This document shows, in pieces, positions 44,312 to 52,428 of a stretch of DNA of 64,000 nt. Under the pieces are notes generated by a model. It saw only the letters and a program-made list of their open reading frames with translations. It searched no databases and was not told the origin of the DNA. Source of the stretch: Akkermansia muciniphila (GTDB taxonomy: Bacteria; Bacillota; Clostridia; Oscillospirales; CAG-272); NCBI GenBank assembly GCA_963611795.1, contig CAVDSZ010000001.1, forward strand, positions 211,501 to 275,500. The letters are read 5' to 3'. Every line of letters starts with the position of its first letter. Position 1 is the stretch's first letter. Position numbers and translations under genes: made by a program.

Positions 44312-44348
44312 GGGGTGTTTAGTGCTCGCTTACCTGGCGCCCCTGCCA
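44312..44348 (+). pseudogene. internally deleted tRNA-Trp remnant (acceptor-stem minihelix ending in CCA)
   Basis: GGGGTGTTTAGTGC resembles the tRNA 5' end GGGGTGTAGTTC and is joined directly to CCTGGCGCCCCTGCCA, the T-stem 3' strand plus acceptor. The D, anticodon and most of the T arm are missing. Confidence 0.5.
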
Positions 44349-44380
44349 AAGAATCCGAGAGCAATCGCTTTCGGATTTTT
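44337..44380 (+). repeat. direct repeat copy 2 (tRNA-Trp 3' end plus terminator hairpin)
   Basis: Exact 44-nt copy of 44117-44160, offset 220 bp. Identity is 47/48 when extended 4 nt leftwards. Confidence 0.9.
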
Positions 44381-44414
44381 CTTTTCCGCCGCCTGGACGG
44401 CGGAATTTACATTT

Positions 44415-44443
44415 TTGACTGGTATTTTTTCGCTATCTATGAT
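44415..44443 (+). promoter_or_regulatory. secA promoter candidate
   Basis: TTGACT, 17-nt spacer, TATGAT in an AT-rich stretch upstream of secA. Confidence 0.45.
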
Positions 44444-44489
44444 ACAATGATAAACTGTATTACTATTATAATCCCCGGGAGGCAGGACT

Positions 44490-47400
44490 ATGGGACTTTT
44501 CAAAGCCATTTTCGGTACTTACAGCGAGCGCGAAGTCAAACGGCTGGAACGGCTGGCGGCACCGATCGAGGCGCTCGCCGAAACCTACGCCGCCAAGAGC
44601 GACGAAGAACTGCGCGAGATGACCGGGATTTTAAAAAAACGACTTGAGGACGGCGAGACCGTCGACGATATTCTGCCGGACGCTTTCGCGGTCGTTCGGG
44701 AGGCGGACACACGTGTTCTCGGGAAGCGACCGTACCACGTGCAGCTGCTCGGCGGCATCGTGCTTCATCAGGGCAGGATTGCCGAGATGAAAACGGGTGA
44801 AGGTAAGACGCTCGTCGCGACGCTCCCCGCGTACCTCAATGCGCTTTCCGGGCAGGGCGTGCATATCGTCACGGTCAATGAATACCTTGCCCGCCGCGAC
44901 AGCGAGGAGATGGGGCGCGTCTACGACTTTCTCGGGCTCACGACCGGACTCATTGTGCAGGGCATGACGATGGCGGAGCGCCAAAAGGCATATAACGCCG
45001 ATATTACCTACGGTACCAACAGCGAGTTCGGGTTTGACTACCTGCGCGACAATATGCAGACGCGCCGCGAAAATCTGGTGCAGCGCCCGCTCCATTTTGC
45101 GATTGTCGACGAGGTTGACTCAATCCTGATTGATGAGGCACGAACCCCATTGATTATTTCCGGCGCACGCGGAGAATCCGCCGACGTTTACAAGAAAGCC
45201 GACGCGTTCGTCCGTTCGCTCAGTAAATATGAACTGGACGAGATGGAAAAAGACTATGAAGAGAATCGACATGAGACCTCGCTCCCCGAAGAGCGCGTAC
45301 GGGAGCTGCGGCAGGAACTTGCCGCTTTCTTCTCGAGCCTGACGACCGTCCCCGCACCTGCCAAAGGCAAGACGGTGGACGAGAGCGCCTGCGACCTTGT
45401 GCGTGGCGCAGACGGCAATATGGGGCGCCTGACCCGCCGCGGGCAGGAAAAATACAATACGCATTTCGCCGAGATCGTCAAAGAGCGGGAAATGCGGGCA
45501 GAACTTGATTATCTCGCGCCGTTCGCCCTCACGGCATTCACCCGCTGGGAGAGGGACAAGGATTACCGCATCCGCGGCAACGCGGTGGTGCCGGTGAGTT
45601 TCCGTTTCCATAACGCGCTCAAGAACGAGACGGGCGATATGGAGGTGCTGTACGCACTCGGGGCGAAGAACGGCATCACGCCGGAGTTCGACTACGTCGT
45701 CGACGAGAAGAACCGTGTCGCCACACTGACCGCCGCCGGCATCAAAAAGGCAGAGGCATACTTCGGCGTGAGCTTCGGCGGCGACGGTGAAACGGAAGAG
45801 TATGCGGACGAGAATGAGGCGCTCGGGGAACTGCTCCCGTACGTCCAGCAGGCGTTGCAGGCACACGGCGTCATGGAGCGCGACCGCGACTATGTGGTGC
45901 ATCGCGGTGAGGTGCTCATCGTCGACCACTACACCGGGCGTGTCATGCCCGGTCGCCGCTTCAGCCACGGTCTGCACCAGGCGCTCGAAGCGAAAGAGGG
46001 GGTCGCTATTCAGGGCGAGACCCAGACGATCGCTTCTATCACGTATCAGAACTTCTTCCGCCTGTACGAGAAGCTCTCCGGCATGACCGGTACGGCGCTC
46101 ACCGAGGCAGAGGAATTCCAGGAAATCTACGGGCTCGATGTCATCGAGATCCCGACTAACCGCCCGATGATTCGCGTGGATCATAACGATATTGTGTATC
46201 GCACCGAGGCGGGGAAATACGGGGCAGTGCTGGACATCGTGCGGACGTGCCAGGCGAAACGGCAGCCGATTCTAATCGGTACCGCCTCGGTTGAGAAGTC
46301 CGAGCAACTCGAAGCGTTCCTTAAAAAGAACGGCATCAAGGCGGCGGTACTGAACGCGAAGAACCACGAGCGCGAGGCACACATCATCGCCCAGGCGGGG
46401 ACGCCCGGTGCCATCACCATTTCGACCAATATGGCAGGGCGCGGCACGGACATTCTCCTCGGAGGCAACCCGGAATATCTTGCAAAGGACGCGCTCGCGA
46501 AAGAGGGCATTGCCCCCGATCTCATTGCGCGCTGTGACAGCACGCTCCCGACCGAGGACGAGGAATTGCTCGCCGTACAGGCAAAGTATCGGGAACTGCT
46601 TGACAAATACAAGGCAGAGGTGGCGCCTGCCGCTGAGCGCGTGCGCGAGGCGGGCGGTCTCTTTATCCTCGGCACCGAGCGGCACGAGAGCCGCCGGATT
46701 GACGACCAGTTGCGCGGGCGCAGCGGACGGCAGGGCGACCCCGGTGAATCACTCTTTATCGTCTCGCTCGAGGATAACCTTCTGCGACTGTTCGGCGGTG
46801 AGGTGACTGCTCAGCGGCTCGCCCGCGTGACGGGCGGGGAGGACGTGCCACTCCAGTTCGGTATTCTGACGCGCTTTGTCCGTAACGCACAGAAGTCGGT
46901 CGAGAGCCGTCATTTCCAAGCGCGTAAAAACGTCTTGGAATACGACGACGTGATGAACCAACAGCGCGAGGTCATCTATGCGGAACGCCGCCGCGTCCTC
47001 TTCGCGGACGACGCCATGCCGATTGTCATGCGTATGGTCGGTGAGTATATCGACGACATCCTCGCGGCGTGGGATAACGGGCACAACCCCGAGGCGCTGA
47101 CTTCGCGCCTCCCGTATCTGCTCCGCTCTCCGGAGGAGCCCGTCGGCATGAAAACGACGGAACTCCGCGAGATGCTCATGGAGCGCGCCGAGCAGCTGAC
47201 CCGGGCGAACCTCGACAAAGTCGCGGAGGCGACGGGAGAACCCGCCGCATACCACGCGCGCGCCATTACGCTCGCGACGATTGACCGCCTGTGGATGAAG
47301 CACCTCGGTGATATGGATGATATTCGCGAGACGGTCGGACTGAACTCCTACGCACAGCGCAAACCGATCGTTGAATACCGGATTCAGGGCGGTCAGGCGT

Positions 47401-47612
47401 TCGATGAAATGATTACGGAACTCAAGCGCAAGGTCGCCGAGACCGTCATGTGCCTGCGCATCCGTGTCGAGCGCGCCCGCCCGACGCCGCCTCCGGCGCC
47501 GAAACCGACGGGGGAGAGCGGGACGCGCCGCGTTACGAAAAAGGTCGGACCGAACGAAAAATGCCCCTGTGGCAGCGGTAAGAAATACAAATACTGCTGC
47601 GGTATGAAATAA
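44490..47612 (+). CDS. secA: preprotein translocase ATPase SecA (long form, 1040 aa)
   Basis: MKTGEGKTLVATLPAYLNAL, DEVDSILIDEARTPLIISG, TNMAGRGTDI and the C-terminal zinc site CPCGSGKKYKYCCG. Contains a roughly 150-aa insertion (see findings). Confidence 0.95.
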   Translation: MGLFKAIFGTYSEREVKRLERLAAPIEALAETYAAKSDEELREMTGILKKRLEDGETVDDILPDAFAVVREADTRVLGKRPYHVQLLGGIVLHQGRIAEMKTGEGKTLVATLPAYLNALSGQGVHIVTVNEYLARRDSEEMGRVYDFLGLTTGLIVQGMTMAERQKAYNADITYGTNSEFGFDYLRDNMQTRRENLVQRPLHFAIVDEVDSILIDEARTPLIISGARGESADVYKKADAFVRSLSKYELDEMEKDYEENRHETSLPEERVRELRQELAAFFSSLTTVPAPAKGKTVDESACDLVRGADGNMGRLTRRGQEKYNTHFAEIVKEREMRAELDYLAPFALTAFTRWERDKDYRIRGNAVVPVSFRFHNALKNETGDMEVLYALGAKNGITPEFDYVVDEKNRVATLTAAGIKKAEAYFGVSFGGDGETEEYADENEALGELLPYVQQALQAHGVMERDRDYVVHRGEVLIVDHYTGRVMPGRRFSHGLHQALEAKEGVAIQGETQTIASITYQNFFRLYEKLSGMTGTALTEAEEFQEIYGLDVIEIPTNRPMIRVDHNDIVYRTEAGKYGAVLDIVRTCQAKRQPILIGTASVEKSEQLEAFLKKNGIKAAVLNAKNHEREAHIIAQAGTPGAITISTNMAGRGTDILLGGNPEYLAKDALAKEGIAPDLIARCDSTLPTEDEELLAVQAKYRELLDKYKAEVAPAAERVREAGGLFILGTERHESRRIDDQLRGRSGRQGDPGESLFIVSLEDNLLRLFGGEVTAQRLARVTGGEDVPLQFGILTRFVRNAQKSVESRHFQARKNVLEYDDVMNQQREVIYAERRRVLFADDAMPIVMRMVGEYIDDILAAWDNGHNPEALTSRLPYLLRSPEEPVGMKTTELREMLMERAEQLTRANLDKVAEATGEPAAYHARAITLATIDRLWMKHLGDMDDIRETVGLNSYAQRKPIVEYRIQGGQAFDEMITELKRKVAETVMCLRIRVERARPTPPPAPKPTGESGTRRVTKKVGPNEKCPCGSGKKYKYCCGMK

Positions 47613-48328
47613 TGGGCTTCGGTTGGCTTTTCATCGGATATCTGCTCCTGTTCCCGGTCACTGTGGGGTTCTTCTATACCGTGCCCGTCGCGGCGGTGTT
47701 CCTGTGCCTCGCGGGGTATCGGCTCGCCCGTGTCAATCGTCCGTTCGGCTCGAGTTTTTATTTGTCAATCCTCGCCGGGGTCACAGCCGCGGCGGCGATT
47801 GTCCTGCGGATCGTCAAGGCGACCGCGGACGTGGCACATATCGCGGAGGCAGCGGCGCTCGTCGCCCTCGTCGCCTGGCACCTCGCCATGCTGACCGGCA
47901 TGTCGTGGGTTACGAAGGAGACAGGGCTTACGAAACTGTATGCTGCCGCCTACCGCAACCGGTTCTTTGCCTGTATCTACTTTGCGCTCGCCGCGTTTCT
48001 CACGGCGGCGGACGGGCTGACGGTTTCGGAGGACGTGCGTCGGTTCCTGACCGGCGCGAACTATGCCGTAATCGCCGTCGGACTTCTCACGTTTGCCCTG
48101 AACGCGTATCTGCTCTTCCGTGCCTATGCGAACATTTGTATGCCGGAGGATCTGGACATGCCCCGCAAGGCATCGCGCTTCCGCTTCGTCAACGAGGCGA
48201 GGGAAAAGGCAGACGCGCGTGAAGAGGCGGCGCGCGAACTCTCGCGCCGCAAACAGGCGGAGTATCGGGAGCGGCGACAGGCAGAATGGGCGGCAAAGCA
48301 GGAGAAAAAGAAAGGCAAGAAGAAATGA
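47612..48328 (+). CDS. hypothetical polytopic membrane protein with Lys/Arg/Glu-rich C-terminal tail
   Basis: Its ATG overlaps the secA stop (TAATG). About 5-6 hydrophobic helices, then REKADAREEAARELSRRKQAEYRERRQAEWAAKQEKKKGKKK. No family recognised. Confidence 0.6.
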   Translation: MGFGWLFIGYLLLFPVTVGFFYTVPVAAVFLCLAGYRLARVNRPFGSSFYLSILAGVTAAAAIVLRIVKATADVAHIAEAAALVALVAWHLAMLTGMSWVTKETGLTKLYAAAYRNRFFACIYFALAAFLTAADGLTVSEDVRRFLTGANYAVIAVGLLTFALNAYLLFRAYANICMPEDLDMPRKASRFRFVNEAREKADAREEAARELSRRKQAEYRERRQAEWAAKQEKKKGKKK

Positions 48329-49710
48329 AACGACGTTCTTTGGCGCGGTTCGGGCTTGTCATTGCCGCCGCCGTTATCCTCTCCAACCCGTCGCCTATGT
48401 ATTTTGACATTCTCCCCGACGCGCTCGGGTTCTTCTTTCTGTGGTTGGCATTCCGCCGCCTGGCGGAACTCGTGCCGGCGTTTGATGACGTGCGGGAGGC
48501 AGGAAACAAACTTCTGCTCATCACGACCCTGCGGATCCCCGCGTGGTTTGCGATGATGACCATCTGGGGCGGTGACGCGAGCCAGCGGGCGCTCATCGCG
48601 GTATGTTGTTTCGTATCGGCGATTCTGGAACTCTGCTACCTCATCCCGTGGATTCATCGGCTGTTTGAGGCATTTTACCGTCTCGGGGAGCAGTATGACT
48701 GCGCAGCGGCGATTACCGTCACCGGCGGCAGGTTCCGTATGGCGCCGGAGAAGCTCGAAGTGCTGACCGTCGTCTTCTTCTCGGTGCGAGCGGTGCTCTC
48801 GTGCCTGCCGGAAATGACGCTCGTGCCGGTGTATGACAGCGCGGAGGAGTATTCGTGGAACTGGAATCGAATGTATATTCCGTGTGCCGTCATCGCGGCG
48901 GTGGTGCTGCTGATCTTTGCCGCCGTCTGGCTGTGCTACTTCATCGCCTATGTCCGCCGGGTCGGACGCGAGGTCGAGGGATGTGAGGAACTCCGCACAT
49001 TGGACGCGACGGCGCCCTGCCGCTATCGGCAGCCGCCCGCGCTCCTGCGGTGCGTGTCGTTTCTGTATCTTGCCGGGATCGTTCTGTCGATCGACATCTA
49101 TGCCGACCGTATGAACCTTTTGCCGGACATTCTTTCGGCGCTGGCTTTTGCCGGGTGCGGGTTTTATCTCTGGCGCCTTCGTGGGCGGGGGCGCGCGGTG
49201 TGGATCCTGCCGCTCACGTGGGGGGGCGCGACGCTCGTCCACACGGCGCTCTGGACGCGCTTTTTTCGCGTGTATTCCATCGGTGCCATCGAACGGCTCG
49301 AGGCGGCGGCACGGGACTATCGCGTCATCCTCGCGGTGTCTGCACTCAGCGAGATGCTATTTCTCGCCACGGCGATCGTGCTGTTTGCGGCGCTCCTCGG
49401 GGTGACGCGGGATTTCACGGGGAAACCTGCGGCAGACGGTCGACTCCTGCGCGCCGACGTCGAGACGCGCCGGTCGCTGACACGCTCGCTGACGGTGAGC
49501 CTTGTGTTCGCGTGCCTGACCGCCGGTCTCTCCTTCTTCTATGAACTGTCGCTTTCCGAGACGGTCGACATCGTGACGGATTACTCCTACCTTTCCGTGC
49601 CGCGCTTTGAGTGGGCGCTGCTCGTTCTGTGGGTGGTGACGGTGGCATGGTTCGTTGCCTCGCTGCGATATTTCGGGCACCTGCGGGAGGAAACGGAGCC
49701 TGTCGACTGA
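48325..49710 (+). CDS. hypothetical polytopic membrane protein (internally duplicated)
   Basis: Start set to ATG 48325 (MKRRSLARFG...), which overlaps the upstream stop (ATGA). About 10 predicted TM helices and two LPD-containing repeat halves. No family recognised. Confidence 0.6.
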   Translation: MKRRSLARFGLVIAAAVILSNPSPMYFDILPDALGFFFLWLAFRRLAELVPAFDDVREAGNKLLLITTLRIPAWFAMMTIWGGDASQRALIAVCCFVSAILELCYLIPWIHRLFEAFYRLGEQYDCAAAITVTGGRFRMAPEKLEVLTVVFFSVRAVLSCLPEMTLVPVYDSAEEYSWNWNRMYIPCAVIAAVVLLIFAAVWLCYFIAYVRRVGREVEGCEELRTLDATAPCRYRQPPALLRCVSFLYLAGIVLSIDIYADRMNLLPDILSALAFAGCGFYLWRLRGRGRAVWILPLTWGGATLVHTALWTRFFRVYSIGAIERLEAAARDYRVILAVSALSEMLFLATAIVLFAALLGVTRDFTGKPAADGRLLRADVETRRSLTRSLTVSLVFACLTAGLSFFYELSLSETVDIVTDYSYLSVPRFEWALLVLWVVTVAWFVASLRYFGHLREETEPVD

Positions 49711-49732
49711 CGGCATTTTTACATATATACAA

Positions 49733-49765
49733 CAAAGCGGAGCCGGGAAAACCGGCTCCGCTTTG
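49733..49765. terminator. bidirectional terminator
   Basis: CAAAGCGGAGCCGG-GAAAA-CCGGCTCCGCTTTG between convergent genes. Confidence 0.7.
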
Positions 49766-49776
49766 CTTCTTATCGG

Positions 49777-51222
49777 TTAGGCGGAAATGCTTCGACGTGT
49801 CCTCGGGACTCTGAGGCGCGCCAGCGTTTCGTCATAGTCATGCTCGATGAGGACGAGCGCGACGGTCGTGAAGAACGTGGGATAGAAATTGAACATCGGG
49901 TTGTCGAGCATACCGATGCCGACGATGGCGGCAATCATCATGCCGAGGAAGAAACGCTCGCCGTTCATGCGGTAGAGCACGAGTTGTACGGTGCGTGCCC
50001 GATAGGCAAGGTAGGAGATACCGCCGAAAGCGCCCGAGACGCAGAACAGCTCAATGACGGTGTTATGGAGCATACCGGGCATGGCGCTGCCTGCCCAGGA
50101 ATGGAAGAGTTCGTAGTAGGAGACCGCGTTGAATCCGCCTCCGAAGATTGGATAACGGCGGAAAATCTCGACACCGCCCCGCCAGAGGTCAAATCGTCCG
50201 GCATCGGAGAATCCGATATCAAAGAGAAAGGAGAATGTCTCGATGATCTGCGTGCGGAACGCAATTAGAATCACGCCGCCGGCGAGCAAACTGACGCCGA
50301 GGAGTAGACGGAAAAGCCCGCGGTTCGCACCAAAGAAACAGACGGCGACGAGACAGCAGAGGAGGACGACGGAGCCGACGAGGACGGCGGCACGGCACAT
50401 GGAGAGGAAGATGGCGGCATAGGCGGCGATGATGAGGAGAAACTGAATCCAGCCGTTTTTCCGCGTACTCGCAAGGTAGAAAAGCGGGGGGAGCAGAATG
50501 GTGACGATGGCACCGTAGTTGTTGTTGATGCCCCAGCCGAAGTAGATGCGCCCCTCCACGATGATGCCGCCCACCAGTACGTCACAGGTGATGTACACAT
50601 AGATGAGCTCGAGAATGAGGAGGACCGCCGTCCACTGGCAGACGACGCAAAAATAACGGAGTGCCTCTTTTCCGCCGGAAAGCCCGAATCGGAAGAGCAG
50701 ATAGAGGAAGAACCACACCAGCACAATGGCGATTGAGTAAGTGATATTGATTGGCGCATATGCTTCCGAAAAGATACCGTTTAAGAGCAGGGCGACGGAG
50801 AGCGGGAGGATGAACCAGGTGAGCCGCGTCTTGCGGCGGAACATATCGGTGAAGCCGCCCCAGATGAGGAAATGCAGAATCAGCGCCGCGAGAAGGACGA
50901 AAATCATGATGCCGAGGGAGACCAGTACCGGGGTCGAGGAGTAGTAATCGGAATACGTCGGGCGCTTCGGCGCGTGGACGAGCGGGAGGGCAAAGATGAA
51001 CATAAAGAGCGGGGGGAGAATCGGCCGCAGGTCGCGGAAGAGGACGAGCGTGACGGACGCGAACGCAATCAGCACCGCCGCAAACAGCACTTCGTGACGG
51101 GAGCAGTACGACATAAAGACGAGCAGGCAGATTAGCGCCGGATAAAACTCGCTGTCTACGGCGCGTTGCAGGACACGCACGCCGGGGTTATTTTCGAGGT
51201 AGGTACGAAGCCGCTCCCACAT
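49777..51222 (-). CDS. O-antigen ligase / polymerase family membrane protein (Wzy_C-like)
   Basis: 481 aa with at least 10 TM helices and a loop containing GGGFNAVSYYE...MLHNTVIELFCVSGAFGG, which resembles the Wzy_C signature (HN..L....E.G..G). Confidence 0.55.
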   Translation of the reverse strand: MWERLRTYLENNPGVRVLQRAVDSEFYPALICLLVFMSYCSRHEVLFAAVLIAFASVTLVLFRDLRPILPPLFMFIFALPLVHAPKRPTYSDYYSSTPVLVSLGIMIFVLLAALILHFLIWGGFTDMFRRKTRLTWFILPLSVALLLNGIFSEAYAPINITYSIAIVLVWFFLYLLFRFGLSGGKEALRYFCVVCQWTAVLLILELIYVYITCDVLVGGIIVEGRIYFGWGINNNYGAIVTILLPPLFYLASTRKNGWIQFLLIIAAYAAIFLSMCRAAVLVGSVVLLCCLVAVCFFGANRGLFRLLLGVSLLAGGVILIAFRTQIIETFSFLFDIGFSDAGRFDLWRGGVEIFRRYPIFGGGFNAVSYYELFHSWAGSAMPGMLHNTVIELFCVSGAFGGISYLAYRARTVQLVLYRMNGERFFLGMMIAAIVGIGMLDNPMFNFYPTFFTTVALVLIEHDYDETLARLRVPRTRRSISA

Positions 51223-51539
51223 GTTCGCTCTCCTTTCACCGGCTGCCCGGTCGATTCGCTCTTTTCATTATAACGGCTTGCCGCCGGAAAGTCAACACGG
51301 AAAGCACGGCACGTTACGACAGCGGGCATATTTTACGCGCGATATATAATATGGAAGTGTTTTCATGACACGAATCGCCTTGCACATCGGTTCGCGCATC
51401 GGTGGAGGGGGGAAGAGAGACGAAAAAACGGTGTTTTTGCCACGGAGCGCCGATGCAATCGGGGTGACGGCGGAGATGCACTTGGGCATTGTGAACAAAT
51501 TGCTAAAACAGCCTGTCCGTTTTTTGGGTGGTTTCACAG

Positions 51540-51568
51540 TTGATTTTTGTCGATAGATGGTGTACAAT
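51540..51568 (+). promoter_or_regulatory. xpt operon promoter candidate
   Basis: TTGATT, 17-nt spacer, TACAAT with an extended TG (TGTACAAT). Confidence 0.5.
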
Positions 51569-51574
51569 AATGAC

Positions 51575-51711
51575 AGTTGATTCCTTCGTAGAAAAGGACG
51601 GTACCGCGTCGGCGCCCTTCATTGGGAGGCAGGCGTGAATCGCAGGTCTTTTTTAAACGAAGCGGAATGGCGGGAAAACGCATGATACGCTTTTCTGCCT
51701 TTTTTCTTTTT
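51575..51711 (+). promoter_or_regulatory. structured 5' leader with intrinsic terminator (unclassified riboswitch/attenuator candidate)
   Basis: A long-range helix pairs TTC-CTTCGT (51581-51589) with ACGAAG-cg-GAA (51657-51667) and encloses two hairpins. It is followed by a terminator, GGCGGGAAAACG-CATGATA-CGCTTTTCTGCC plus TTTTTTCTTTTT (51669-51711). GTAGAAAAG (51588-51596) can alternatively pair with the terminator 3' arm. Confidence 0.55.
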
Positions 51712-51751
51712 CAAAAACCGCCTCGCTATAAAAAAGAAAGGAGACCGCCCC

Positions 51752-52327
51752 ATGAGAGCTATGGAAGAAAAAATCATCGCAGAAGGAACCGTTTTGCCCG
51801 GTCATATCCTCAAAGTGGGCAGTTTCTTAAATCAACAACTCGACGTGCAATTTCTCCGCGAAGTCGGAGAGGAGATTGCACGTCTTTTTCGTGCTGACGG
51901 CGTGACGAAGGTGCTGACGCTGGAAGCGTCCGGGATTGCGATTGCGACCCTCGCGGCACTCTCACTCGGCGTTCCTGCCGTCATCGTCAAGAAGCACGCG
52001 TCCGCGAACCAGTCGAAAGACGTTTATGAGGCGGAGATTGCCTCCTTTACGCATAAAAACACCTATGTCGCCGCCGTCGCGAAAGAGTATCTGCAGGCGT
52101 CCGACCGAATCCTGATTGTCGATGACTTCCTCGCGTGCGGGAACGCGATTCGCGGGCTGATGCACATGGTGCGGGAAGCAGGCGCGACGCTCGTCGGCTG
52201 TGCGATTGCAATCGAGAAAAAATTCCAGGGTGGCGGAGACGAACTCCGCGCGGAGGGGATCCGCGTCGAATCGCTCGCCATGGTGGACCATATGACGGAC
52301 GACAGTCTGTCTTTCTGGCGGCCGTAA
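51752..52327 (+). CDS. xpt: xanthine phosphoribosyltransferase
   Basis: EEKIIAEGTVLPGHILKVGSFLNQQLDVQFL... and ILIVDDFLACGNA match Xpt closely. AGGAG lies 8 nt upstream. Confidence 0.88.
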   Translation: MRAMEEKIIAEGTVLPGHILKVGSFLNQQLDVQFLREVGEEIARLFRADGVTKVLTLEASGIAIATLAALSLGVPAVIVKKHASANQSKDVYEAEIASFTHKNTYVAAVAKEYLQASDRILIVDDFLACGNAIRGLMHMVREAGATLVGCAIAIEKKFQGGGDELRAEGIRVESLAMVDHMTDDSLSFWRP

Positions 52328-52428
52328 GAAACGCAATCGTTCCTAGCGGCCTTTTCACTTGTTTACTTTGTTTACTTTGGGCGCTCGCCCGGTAAAAATA
52401 ACAATATCTTTTTTGGAGGAAAAAGACA

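Noticed and set aside
44165-44345. A minus-strand tRNA or tmRNA-like gene (5' CAGGGGC ... ACGGAGTTCGAGTCCGTGCCCCTG 3').
   Set aside because: The T-arm only pairs in a register shifted by one from the canonical G53-T54-T55-C56. There are no D or anticodon arms, it is far too short for tmRNA, and no resume codon or tag ORF is present. I treat it as a degenerate tRNA fragment.
44165-44647. ORFs 44165-44647 (160 aa) and 44199-44450 (83 aa) in the tRNA-Trp to secA gap.
   Set aside because: They run across two terminators, a promoter and into secA out of frame. Arg-rich composition and no RBS.
51575-51668. Known riboswitch identities for the xpt leader: guanine, THF-I and T-box.
   Set aside because: Guanine: none of the conserved junction or loop strings are present. 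THF-I: ACGAAGCG and ATTGGGAGG resemble parts of the E. siraeum THF aptamer as I remember it, but the L3-J2/1 pseudoknot partner (CCUCC-like) is missing. T-box: AGGACGGTACCGCG resembles the T-box sequence AGGGUGGNACCGCG, but there is no Stem I or specifier between the promoter and this site, and the UGGN bulge is CGGU. The element is therefore left unclassified.
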